The position numbers and the translations under genes were made by a program. DNA of 25,448 nt from Gemmatimonadota bacterium (GTDB taxonomy: Bacteria; Gemmatimonadota; Gemmatimonadetes; Gemmatimonadales; GWC2-71-9), in NCBI GenBank assembly GCA_024640185.1, contig JAHEFN010000002.1, forward strand, positions 1-25,448. Direction: 5' to 3'. Shown here in pieces: positions 1 through 8,282 of the stretch. Numbering within the stretch: the first letter of the stretch is position 1; every line of letters begins with the position of its first letter. The notes beneath the pieces were generated by a model. That model did no database searches. It was given only the letters and a program-made list of their open reading frames with translations, and had not been told where the DNA came from.

Positions 1-438
1 CTTTCCCTGGGAGGCCGGATCGTCAGCCTCACCCAGGATGATCATCTCGCGGGGTGCCATCTGGCGGCCGTGGTAGAATCGCACCGGGCCAGCCACGAGG
101 AGCAGCTGCCCGACGGTGATGGTGCGGTCGAGGAAGGCCTGGCCTGGCCAGGCGCATTCGAGGGTGCCGCTGGCATCCTGGAGCACGGCATGGAAGATCC
201 GGAGCCCACGTCGGGTTGGCAGCACGCCCTTGCTGATCACCCGACCGACGCAGGCGACATCATCCCCGACACGGGCCCGGGCCAGCGGGGTGACGTTCGA
301 GGCATCGATGTAGCGGTGCGGCAGATGGTGCAGGAGGTCCTGGACTCGCTCGACACCGAGGCGTGCGAAGGCCTCGGCACGGCGCTCACCGATCCCCTTG
401 AGGAACTGCACCGGGGTGTCGAGACGAAGGGTGGCCAT
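1..438 (-). CDS. recG: ATP-dependent DNA helicase RecG, N-terminal 146 aa (continues past window start)
   Basis: Manual translation from ATG at 438, open to position 1: MATLRLDTPVQFLKGIGERRAEAFARLGVERVQDLLHHLPHRYIDASNVTPLARARVGDDVACVGRVISKG...DASGTLECAWPGQAFLDRTITVGQLLLVAGPVRFYHGRQMAPRE. This matches the RecG N-terminus (LKGIG...LG...DLL.HLP.RY.D) followed by the wedge/OB fold. Missing from the ORF track because no stop lies inside the window. An in-frame ATG at 522 is a less likely start. Confidence 0.93.
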   Translation of the reverse strand, partial: MATLRLDTPVQFLKGIGERRAEAFARLGVERVQDLLHHLPHRYIDASNVTPLARARVGDDVACVGRVISKGVLPTRRGLRIFHAVLQDASGTLECAWPGQAFLDRTITVGQLLLVAGPVRFYHGRQMAPREMIILGEADDPASQGK

Positions 439-443
439 GCTCA

Positions 444-472
444 ACGATACCGGGATCGCCGCGCGGAGGCAC
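444..472 (-). promoter_or_regulatory. Putative sigma70-type promoter for recG, leaderless-type geometry
   Basis: TATCGT (449-444) lies 5 nt before the ATG; a weak -35 GTGCCT (472-467) sits at a 17-nt spacer; no SD before the ATG. Confidence 0.4.
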
Positions 473-481
473 GGGATCGCC
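451..481. repeat. Perfect 10-bp direct repeat CGGGATCGCC x2, 21-bp period
   Basis: Copies at 451-460 and 472-481, read directly from the sequence, overlapping the putative recG promoter. Confidence 0.8.
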
Positions 482-543
482 CCCTCGGCCACCACAGCAC
501 GGCTCGCCGTCCTCGCATGCATCGGGGCACCCACCCGCCAGCC

Positions 544-570
544 GGTGCCACGCTGGGCGCGTGCAGCACC
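544..570 (-). other. GC-rich stem-loop downstream of the symporter stop (no U-tract)
   Basis: Minus strand GGTGC-TG-CACGC-GCCCA-GCGTG-GCACC: 5+5 bp stem with a 2-nt bulge and a 5-nt loop, about 33 nt after the stop at 604. No poly-U, so not a classical intrinsic terminator. Confidence 0.35.
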
Positions 571-603
571 CGCCCCTTCGCGTTCGACGTCGGGTGAGTC
601 GCC

Positions 604-2073
604 TCAACGCTCCATGATCAACCGAACGTCGGCGTCGAGGTCGCCTGGCGCCTGGGCCCGCGTGGTCCAGGAGACGCCGAAGAACGTCACCAACGCCGCC
701 AGCAGTGCGATCCCCGCCGCGGTCACTCCGGCGGGCAGCGAGGCCTTTCCGGCCCACATCAGGGACTCCAGGCCGAGGGTGAGCACGATACCCACCGCCA
801 TCGAGGCCAGCGCACCGACCCTCGTGGCCCCTGGCCACACCAACCCGAAGGCCAGCGCGGGGACGAAGGTGCTGGCGAAGAGCCCCCAACCGAAGACCCC
901 CAGCAGCACCACGACCTGTCCCGGGACCATCGCCAGGCCAAGTGCCACAACAGCGACGGCGAGGGTGGCCCAGCGGGCACTGCGGAGTGACCCCGCTCCG
1001 GCGGAGGCGCGGGGCGGCAGGTCGCGGGTCAGTGCCGCCGCCGCGAGGTTGAGAAAGGCGTTGACGGTGCTCATGATCGCCGCGGCGACACCGGCAAAGA
1101 CCAATCCCGCGAGCCAATGCGGCGCGTAGCGGAGCAGGAAGGTGGCCGTGGCATCGTCGGGGTTCCGCAACGGGGCGATCGCACCGGTCACCACGGCGGT
1201 CTTGGTGGCCAGCCCCACCCCGACCCACAGCAACAGCGCGACGACCAACCCCACTGTCATCAGCATCGGGTACCAACGCAACTGCCGCGGATCCCGGAGC
1301 ATGTAGAACTTGTGGAGCAGGTGGGGTTGGCCGAGGGCGCCCACGCCGAGGACGAAGAAGAACGACAACGCGGCGAGTGGCGAGAAGTGGCCCCACGGCC
1401 CGAACCATCCGGGATCAGCGGCGAGGATCTCCGTCGACATCACGGCGATGCCGCCGCCACTCGACACCGCCGTGGCGAAGACGAGGATCGAGGCGATGGC
1501 CATCAACGATCCCTGGAAGAGGTCGGTGTAGACGCCGGCCAACATCCCGCCACTCACCGAGTAGGCCACCACCACGGCCGCGCCGATGAGGATCGCGGCG
1601 GGTCGCCCGACCTCGAAGAGGGCATCGACCACCAGCCCCAGGGCGAGGAAGTTGGTGGCGACATAGCCCACGGTGGCGATGACCATGGCCAGGCCGGCGA
1701 GGCGGCGGGCGCCGTGCGAGCGATAGCGGATCCCCACCGCCTCCGGGATGGTCACGGCCCCACGGATCTCACCGAGGAGGCGCAGTCGGCGCGCCAAGAC
1801 CCACGCCGTCAGTGACGACGTGATTCCCGCCGAGAGAATCAGGTAGACCGCGCCGAGTCCCTGGCGGTACATCAGGCCGGGGCCACCAATGAAGGCGATG
1901 GCCGAGAGCACCGACGCCATCGAGGCCACGGCCATCGTGACGATCCCGATGCCGCGACCGGCCACGAAGAAGTCGCCCGCCGTCCTGGTGCGTCGCGTGG
2001 CCCAGACTGCGATGCCGGCACAGGCGATGAAGTAGCCAAGGCCCACCACACTGAGGGTCGAGGGGAGGGTCAG
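604..2073 (-). CDS. Sodium:solute symporter (SSS/SLC5 family, PutP/PanF-like), substrate unknown
   Basis: About 13 hydrophobic segments; family motifs DFFVAGR, SAIAFIGGPG, YSVSGGMLAGVYTDLFQG, LGQPHLL.KF, and the Na2-site helix AAIMST. The ORF track starts at GTG 2049; an in-frame CTG at 2073 overlaps the upstream TGA and has a GAGGTG SD, so I prefer it (489 aa). Confidence 0.92.
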   Translation of the reverse strand: MTLPSTLSVVGLGYFIACAGIAVWATRRTRTAGDFFVAGRGIGIVTMAVASMASVLSAIAFIGGPGLMYRQGLGAVYLILSAGITSSLTAWVLARRLRLLGEIRGAVTIPEAVGIRYRSHGARRLAGLAMVIATVGYVATNFLALGLVVDALFEVGRPAAILIGAAVVVAYSVSGGMLAGVYTDLFQGSLMAIASILVFATAVSSGGGIAVMSTEILAADPGWFGPWGHFSPLAALSFFFVLGVGALGQPHLLHKFYMLRDPRQLRWYPMLMTVGLVVALLLWVGVGLATKTAVVTGAIAPLRNPDDATATFLLRYAPHWLAGLVFAGVAAAIMSTVNAFLNLAAAALTRDLPPRASAGAGSLRSARWATLAVAVVALGLAMVPGQVVVLLGVFGWGLFASTFVPALAFGLVWPGATRVGALASMAVGIVLTLGLESLMWAGKASLPAGVTAAGIALLAALVTFFGVSWTTRAQAPGDLDADVRLIMER

Positions 2074-2528
2074 CGGTCACCTCGCGGCATCACCTGAGCG
2101 CACTCCGCGCGCAGCGCCGCCAGCGCCTCCGCATCGAGCGGCGCATCGCGGGCATCGATGGCGTACGCCAGCGGAAAGATCAGCACCGGCAGGAGCCCGA
2201 CGCCGAGCAGCACCACCGCGGCACGAGCCGGGAGTCCCAGGACAAGGCCGTCGATGCGGTCGGGACCCATGAGGAGCACCGCACCAAAGCCAACCAGTGG
2301 GATCAGGAGGAGCAGGGTCGCCGCCACGGCCGCGGTCCGGGAGAGCCGTCCGTGGCGCGTCGCGCCCAGCAGCAGGGTACCGGCCAGCGTGCCGGCAATG
2401 CCGGCGACCGTGAGCCAGGCCACCAACGGCGTCTCCGGCCCGACCGTCATCGCGATGAGATAGGCCACCACCTGGGCGGCAAGCCCCGAGCCCACACCGA
2501 CCCATCCGAGTCGAGTCGGGTGTGTCAC
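2070..2528 (-). CDS. Hypothetical membrane protein (about 4 TM, 152 aa), probable symporter partner
   Basis: GTG at 2528 overlaps the ftsY TGA (GTGA). Four hydrophobic stretches, ending LPVLIFPLAYA and a charged tail. Its stop overlaps the symporter start. The first 10 aa of the track ORF (from 2558) lie inside ftsY. Confidence 0.8.
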   Translation of the reverse strand: MTHPTRLGWVGVGSGLAAQVVAYLIAMTVGPETPLVAWLTVAGIAGTLAGTLLLGATRHGRLSRTAAVAATLLLLIPLVGFGAVLLMGPDRIDGLVLGLPARAAVVLLGVGLLPVLIFPLAYAIDARDAPLDAEALAALRAECAQVMPRGDR

Positions 2529-3442
2529 TCGCGATCGCCGAGGAGCCCTGCGGCCCAACGCTTCGCCTCGAAGGGTTCGAGGTCCTCGAGTCCCTCGCCA
2601 AGGCCAACGAAGCGAATCGGCACCTCGAGTTCACGCCGCAGCGCCACGACCGCACCACCTCGCGCACTGCCATCGAGCTTGGTCACGATCAAGCCGGTGG
2701 GGGTGACGGTCTTCGCGAACTGTTTCCCCTGCTGCACGGCGTTCTGGCCCACCGTGCCGTCGAGCACCAGCAGCACCTCATGGGGTGCGCCCGCCACCTT
2801 GCGGCCCACGACACGAACGATCTTGCCGAGTTCGGTCATCAGGTCATCCTGGGTGTGCAACCGACCCGCGGTGTCGATCACGACGACATCCACCCCTCTC
2901 GCCACGGCCGCCTCGACGGCGTCGAAGGCGACCGCTGCCGGATCACCACCCATCGTGCCGCTGACACATGCCACCCCGAGTCGCTGCGCCCAGCTCTCCA
3001 GTTGCTGCACCGCACCGGCACGCCAGGTATCTGCCGCGCCGAGGAGGACCGACTTCCCCTCGAGGGTGAGGCGGTGGGCCAGCTTCGCGATCGAGGTGGT
3101 CTTGCCGGCACCGTTGACCCCGATCACCAGGACGACCGTTGGCCCCGCCGCCGCGAAGGCCAGCACCCCGGGCTCGGTGGGGCCCGCCAAGATCTCCGCG
3201 AGGCGATCGACGAGGGCGCCCTGGAGGTCGGCCTCGGTCTTGAGCCGGCCGCGGCGGACCTCGCTCTCGAGGAACTCCACCAGGTCGAGCGTCGCCGGCA
3301 CGCCGAAGTCCGCCTCGATCAACAGCTGCTCAAGCTGCTCGAGATCGTCCGCCTTCAGCCCGCGCACCAGGGCACCGACGTCGGTGAGGGCGAGCCGCTT
3401 GATGCGCCGCCAAATGCCGAGCTTGCCACCGCCTATCCGCAT
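2525..3442 (-). CDS. ftsY: Signal recognition particle receptor FtsY (NG domain only)
   Basis: SRP-GTPase motifs GVNGAGKTTSIAKLA, DTWRAGA, DTAGR, GQNA, TKLDGSARGG, GLGEGLEDL. Start set at ATG 3442 (GTG 3475 is an alternative); the track ORF to 3871 overlaps the upstream gene. Confidence 0.96.
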   Translation of the reverse strand: MRIGGGKLGIWRRIKRLALTDVGALVRGLKADDLEQLEQLLIEADFGVPATLDLVEFLESEVRRGRLKTEADLQGALVDRLAEILAGPTEPGVLAFAAAGPTVVLVIGVNGAGKTTSIAKLAHRLTLEGKSVLLGAADTWRAGAVQQLESWAQRLGVACVSGTMGGDPAAVAFDAVEAAVARGVDVVVIDTAGRLHTQDDLMTELGKIVRVVGRKVAGAPHEVLLVLDGTVGQNAVQQGKQFAKTVTPTGLIVTKLDGSARGGAVVALRRELEVPIRFVGLGEGLEDLEPFEAKRWAAGLLGDRE

Positions 3443-3494
3443 GGACACCCTGCTGAGTGGTTGGAGATCGATCACACACCGTCGGGGGTCAAAG

Positions 3495-6449
3495 CTACAC
3501 CAGGGCGTCGCGGAGGATCTCGACCGGGTGGGCCGCTCGCCGATCGGTCCCATCGAGAATCTGGTGCCGACAGGACGTTCCAGCCGCGGCGATGACCGTG
3601 TCGCTGGCGGCCTCGCGGACGGCCGGGAAGAGCACCAGTTCGCCGATCTGCATCGAGACGGCGAAGTGCTTTCGGGCATAACCGAACGACCCCGCCATGC
3701 CACAACACCCACTGGGGATCTCCTCCACCCGGTGGCCGGCTGGCAACGAGAGGATCGCCACGGTCGGATCGAGCGAGGCCAAGGCCTTCTGGTGACAGTG
3801 ACCATGCAGGGCGATCCGGCGAGGCACCGTGTCGAACTGCCGGGCGTCGATCCGACCCGCGGCCGCCTCACGAGCCAGGAATTCGTCGATCAACAGGGCC
3901 CGACCGGCGAGGGCCCTCGCCGCCTCCCGGAGCGGCGGCGAGACGAGGTCGGGGTATTCGTCGCGGAAGCCGAGGATCGCCGAGGGCTCGATGCCGAGGA
4001 TCGGCCCGTCGCTCGGCACCACCTCGGCGAGCAACTGGACGTTGCGATCCGCCAACCGCCTGGCATCACGGAGCAATCCCATCGAGATCTGGGCTCGGCC
4101 GCTGTCAACGTGGGCAGGGATCTCGACTCGCCAGCCGAGCCGATTGAGGAGTTCGATCGCCGCGATCCCGACCGCCACGTCGACGGTGTCGGTGAATTCA
4201 TCGCAGAAGAGGTTGACCGATCCGTGTGGGTACGTGAGGCTGTCCGGATTCCCGCGGCGACGGTGCCAACGACGCAGCGAGGGGCCAGCGACCCGTGGCA
4301 GGCTGCGACCCGGTGCGATGCCGAGCGCCCATCGCAGCAGGGTCGCCACCGCCGGTGTGTCGGTGAGGGCGTTGGCGAGCGGCGCCACGCGGCCCGCGGT
4401 CCGCAACACCGAAGCGAATGCGGCGAGGAGACGGGTACGGAGCGGCACCCCCATGCGGTCATGGTGCTGCTGCTGCCATTCGGCCTTGAGTCGGGCGACA
4501 TCGACATTCGAGGGGCACTCCGACGCGCATCCCTTGCAGGAAAGACAGAGCTCCATCACCGCCTCGACCTCCGGACTCTGCCATGGTGAGGTCCGTCCGG
4601 GCGGGTCCGTGAGCACCTGGCGAAGCAGGTTGGCACGCCCTCGGGTGCTGTCGCGCTCGTCGCCGGTCGCCATGAAGCTGGGACACATCGTCCCACCCAT
4701 CCGGGCGGACTTGCGACACTCGCCGACCCCGTTGCACTGCTCGGTCGCCCGAAGGATGCCTCCGGCGGCGCTGAAGTCGAGGACCGTGAGATGATGCGGA
4801 TCGGGGTGGTCGGGGCCGTACCGGAGCGCCGTTTCGAGCGGTGGTGTGTCGATGATCTTGCCGGGATTGAGGATCCCCATTGGGTCGAACGCGGCCTTGA
4901 CCTGACGCATCATCGCGTAGCATGACGCACCGACCATGAACGGAATGAACTCGCCACGCAGTCGACCGTCGCCGTGCTCACCGGAGAGCGAGCCCCGATA
5001 GCGCTTCACCAGCGCCGCGACGTCGGTCGCGATGCCCCTGAACATCCGCCGTCCCTCGGCCGTCTTGAGGTCGAACAACGGCCTGGTGTGCAACTCACCG
5101 GCACCGGCGTGGGCGTAGTAGACGCAGGACACCCCGTACCTGGTGCGCAGCAGTTCGTCAAACTCGGCGATGTAGGCCGGAAGGTCCTCGACCGCCACGG
5201 CGGTGTCCTCGACCACCTCGCGTGGCTTGGCATCTCCGGGAATGTTCGACATCAACCCCTGCCCCGCGCGGCGCAACGCCCAGACCCGGTCACCGTCGTG
5301 GCCCCAGAGCACCGGAAAGGCGTATCCGAGGCCGGCTGCACGGCACTCCGCCTCGATCGCGGCGAAGCCGCGCTCGAGCACCGTCCGGTCGACATCACGG
5401 AGCTCCACCACCAGGATCGCCCCGGGGTCGCCCTCGACAAAGAATCGGTTGCGTGCCTGCTCCAGGTTGGCCTTGGTGCAGTCGAGGATGTGGCGATCGA
5501 TCAGTTCACAGCCGAAGGGCCGGTGCCGCATCGCGATCAGTGTCGCCCGCAGGGCGTCGTCCACCGAATCGAAGTGCGCGCAGAGCAGCCCCCCAGGTGG
5601 CGGGAGCGGTTCGCACGTGAGTTCGTACTCGACGCCGACGAAGAGGGTGCCCTCGGAACCGGCGAGCAGCCGACAGAGATTGAACGGCTCCGTCGACTCG
5701 GGATCGAAGACGGAACAGGCCATCAGGCGATCGAGGGCATAGCCGGTGTTGCGACGGGTGACCGTGGACTTGGGAAACGATGCGGTGATCTCGGCGCGAT
5801 GCTCCGGGTCACCGAGCAGTGTGGCGATGGTGCGGTAGATGCGCGTCTCGAGCGAATCCGGCGCGGCGCACTTCTCGGCGAAGCCCTCCGGGGTGAGCGG
5901 ACCGAAGGTGACCTCGCTGCCGTCGCTCAGGAATCCTCGCACGGCGACGAGGTGCTCCCGGGTGGACCCATAGACGATCGAGTTGGCCCCACAGGAATTG
6001 TTGCCGACCATGCCGCCGATCATCGCCCGGTTGGCCGTGGCGGTCTCGGGGGCAAAGAAGAGTCGGTGCGGCTGGAGTTCGAGGTTCAGCGCGTTGCGGA
6101 CCACACCGGGCTGCACCCACACCCGTCGCGCACCGGGCTCGATGGCCAACACGGCGTGCAGATGGAAGCCCAGATCGAGAACGACCCCGGCCCCGACCAC
6201 CTGGCCGGCCAGCGAGGTCCCCGCGCCGCGAGCGATGACCCCGATGCCGTGACGCCCCGCCCACCTGAGCACGGTGGCGACGTCGGCCTCATGGCGGGGT
6301 CGTGCCACGGCAAGCGGCAGTTCCTGGTACTCGGAGGCATCGGTGGCGTAGAGTCGCCGTGAGGCGAGGTCGGTCAACACGGCGCCGTCGAGCAGGCGCG
6401 ACAGCTCGATGACGGCGGCGGGTTCCGGGGTGGGAGGGGCGCTGATCAT
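3495..6449 (-). CDS. FAD-binding, (Fe-S)-binding oxidoreductase, D-2-hydroxyacid dehydrogenase-like (YdiJ / GlcD-GlcF fusion type), 984 aa
   Basis: FAD_binding_4 motifs YATDAS, ARGAGTSLAGQ, GGMVGNNSCG, GSEGTL; FAD-oxidase C-terminal motifs HAGAGELH, SGEHGDGR, FDP.GILNPGKI; Fe-S motifs CNGVGEC...MCPS and CLSCKGCASECPSNVD; C-terminal HGHCHQ and CCGMAGSFG. Start at ATG 6449, after the upstream stop at 6499. Confidence 0.93.
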   Translation of the reverse strand: MISAPPTPEPAAVIELSRLLDGAVLTDLASRRLYATDASEYQELPLAVARPRHEADVATVLRWAGRHGIGVIARGAGTSLAGQVVGAGVVLDLGFHLHAVLAIEPGARRVWVQPGVVRNALNLELQPHRLFFAPETATANRAMIGGMVGNNSCGANSIVYGSTREHLVAVRGFLSDGSEVTFGPLTPEGFAEKCAAPDSLETRIYRTIATLLGDPEHRAEITASFPKSTVTRRNTGYALDRLMACSVFDPESTEPFNLCRLLAGSEGTLFVGVEYELTCEPLPPPGGLLCAHFDSVDDALRATLIAMRHRPFGCELIDRHILDCTKANLEQARNRFFVEGDPGAILVVELRDVDRTVLERGFAAIEAECRAAGLGYAFPVLWGHDGDRVWALRRAGQGLMSNIPGDAKPREVVEDTAVAVEDLPAYIAEFDELLRTRYGVSCVYYAHAGAGELHTRPLFDLKTAEGRRMFRGIATDVAALVKRYRGSLSGEHGDGRLRGEFIPFMVGASCYAMMRQVKAAFDPMGILNPGKIIDTPPLETALRYGPDHPDPHHLTVLDFSAAGGILRATEQCNGVGECRKSARMGGTMCPSFMATGDERDSTRGRANLLRQVLTDPPGRTSPWQSPEVEAVMELCLSCKGCASECPSNVDVARLKAEWQQQHHDRMGVPLRTRLLAAFASVLRTAGRVAPLANALTDTPAVATLLRWALGIAPGRSLPRVAGPSLRRWHRRRGNPDSLTYPHGSVNLFCDEFTDTVDVAVGIAAIELLNRLGWRVEIPAHVDSGRAQISMGLLRDARRLADRNVQLLAEVVPSDGPILGIEPSAILGFRDEYPDLVSPPLREAARALAGRALLIDEFLAREAAAGRIDARQFDTVPRRIALHGHCHQKALASLDPTVAILSLPAGHRVEEIPSGCCGMAGSFGYARKHFAVSMQIGELVLFPAVREAASDTVIAAAGTSCRHQILDGTDRRAAHPVEILRDALV

Positions 6450-6498
6450 CGCATCGTGCGGACGGGGCGTCGGGGCATCCTCAATGGTAGCGCCCGAA

Positions 6499-8268
6499 CT
6501 ACCGGAGACCCACCCTGCGCCGAAGGACCCACTCGAGCGAAAAGCCCGCCACCGCCACGAGGAAGAACGGCAGCAGTTCACGCAGGGACCGACGCGGGGC
6601 AACCGGCGCGACGGCGGCGGCGCGCGAGGCGAGCCCCACCGGCCCAGGGACCAGTTCGTCGGCGTACGGTTCCACTGCCACCTCGCCTCCCGAGCCATCG
6701 AGGAAGCGGTACCGATAGCGGCCGGGCGGCAACGGCAACACCGCCTGGCCATCAGGGTCGAATCGCAGGGTGTCGTTGCGGACCACCGACCCGGCAGTCA
6801 GGACGATCGGCAGCTCGGCGAGGCCCGGGGCGGTGGCGCGGAAACGGACTGGGCGCCCGCGCTGGGTGACCGCGCCGACCGGCGAGGCCACCGCGCCATC
6901 CTCGGCAGGGGCATCGAGCAGCCAACTCGCGGCCTCGGCGATCAGGGCCCGCCACGCCTGCTCCGCGGCGCCGCCGCGGAAGCCCCAACGGTAGAGCCCC
7001 TGCGCGCCGAGACGGACGGTTCGCCCGCCGGCCGAGGTCCCGGTGAGGACCGGGACCTCGGCACCACGGCGGGCCTGCCGGGCCACCGCGGCGACCCAGT
7101 CCCCTGCCGCGAGCGGACTGACCTCGGGAAGTGGTGGAAGCGAGTCGGGATCGAGTCCAGCGAAGGCGCTGCCCAGCGGCGAGAAGCCGACCGGCGTCAG
7201 GTACCAATCGCCAGCGGTCCCCAGCGCAGGCCAGAGCAGCCGTGCCCGGCCAAGGGTGTGCCAGGCCGTGGTGTCCCCGCGCACCGCCAACAGGTCGGCC
7301 TGCCGGGCCGCCTCGGTGACCTCGGCGAGGCCGACCGGCCGGAGGTCATCCATGCGGTGCCAGCGGCCCGGGGCCAGTTGCGTGAAGCCCCGCACCGGTG
7401 CGTCGGTGACCGCCGCCAACACCGAGGCGAGGAAGCGTGCATCCCAGTCGGGGACGACCGCCAGCACCACGATGCCCGGCGAAGGTGTCACCCGCAACGG
7501 CCGCCAGCGGAGATGATCGGCCGGCTCGGCGTCATCGACATCGCGGACCGCGATCTCAAGCCAGCGCTCGCCCTCGAGTCCCGGCGGCAGGACGCCGACG
7601 AGTCGGGCTGCCGCACGCCGGTCGGCTGCGGTGAAGCCGATCCGCGCCGCGAGCAGCACGCGGTCGCCGTCGCGGACGTCGACCGTGACGCTGTCGCGCC
7701 AGCCACCACTGGCGAGAAGGTCAACCTCCACCCGCAGGGTGTCGCCCGCCGGCAGCCGTATCGGCATCCGCACATCGGTGAGGGCGACGTCGGGCCCCCG
7801 TCGCCGTGGCAGGGTATGGACGGTGACCTGGGCGAGCACGTCGGCGCCAAGGAGACCGCCGTCGGTGATCTCACCGTCGGTCACCACCACGATGGGGCGG
7901 CCGAGCGCCTCGGCGGCGGGGAGCCGGTCGGCGAGGGTGCTCTGGGCGCCCGGTTCGCCCTCGGCAAGCTCGCCGAAGCGGGTGACCTCACCGAGCGAGG
8001 CGGCCAGCGCCGCCGCAGAATCGGCCAGGGCGCCGGCGGCATGCATCGAGACCGAGTTGTCGAGCAGGACCAGCGGCGTGCGGCGCGTGACGCTGCCGCG
8101 AATGCCGGGATCGAGGAGGAGGAGCAGCAGGGCCAGAACGCCTGCGGCACGCGCCAAGACGGCGAGCCTCGCCGTCGAGGTGGCGAGGGAACCGCGCCAA
8201 GGCCACCACGCCAGCAGCAGGGCGACCACCACGGTGGCCGCGAGGGGAAGCACGCCGCTCGGGGCCAT
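6499..8268 (-). CDS. Membrane-anchored vWA (MIDAS-motif) domain protein, function unknown
   Basis: Two N-terminal TM helices, LLDNSVSM (DxSxS) and VVVTDGE MIDAS elements, an Ig-like middle region, PDWDARFL and LYRW motifs, and a C-terminal TM ending EWVLRRRVGLR, typical of double-TM vWA proteins. Confidence 0.82.
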   Translation of the reverse strand: MAPSGVLPLAATVVVALLLAWWPWRGSLATSTARLAVLARAAGVLALLLLLLDPGIRGSVTRRTPLVLLDNSVSMHAAGALADSAAALAASLGEVTRFGELAEGEPGAQSTLADRLPAAEALGRPIVVVTDGEITDGGLLGADVLAQVTVHTLPRRRGPDVALTDVRMPIRLPAGDTLRVEVDLLASGGWRDSVTVDVRDGDRVLLAARIGFTAADRRAAARLVGVLPPGLEGERWLEIAVRDVDDAEPADHLRWRPLRVTPSPGIVVLAVVPDWDARFLASVLAAVTDAPVRGFTQLAPGRWHRMDDLRPVGLAEVTEAARQADLLAVRGDTTAWHTLGRARLLWPALGTAGDWYLTPVGFSPLGSAFAGLDPDSLPPLPEVSPLAAGDWVAAVARQARRGAEVPVLTGTSAGGRTVRLGAQGLYRWGFRGGAAEQAWRALIAEAASWLLDAPAEDGAVASPVGAVTQRGRPVRFRATAPGLAELPIVLTAGSVVRNDTLRFDPDGQAVLPLPPGRYRYRFLDGSGGEVAVEPYADELVPGPVGLASRAAAVAPVAPRRSLRELLPFFLVAVAGFSLEWVLRRRVGLR

Positions 8269-8282
8269 CGCTGGCGGCGAGC

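Noticed and set aside
70-597. 175-aa plus-strand ORF
   Set aside because: Antisense shadow of recG, which translates cleanly on the minus strand.
386-1408. Minus-strand ORF with a Cys-rich tail (GGCPDACEDGEPCCGG)
   Set aside because: Alternate frame over the symporter and the recG start; low-complexity, no independent start signal.
2352-4589. 745-aa plus-strand ORF, and similar long plus ORFs at 4974-6362, 6409-8454, 12655-14235, 16784-18046, 19107-20351 and 20066-22171
   Set aside because: All lie antisense to motif-verified genes, are R/G/H/P-rich with no recognisable domains, and are expected in high-GC DNA where stops are rare.
4690-4745. First Fe-S motif CNGVGEC lacking a second Cys
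   Set aside because: YdiJ-type proteins typically have a non-Cys residue here (E. coli CNGNGLC, recalled), so it is a family trait.
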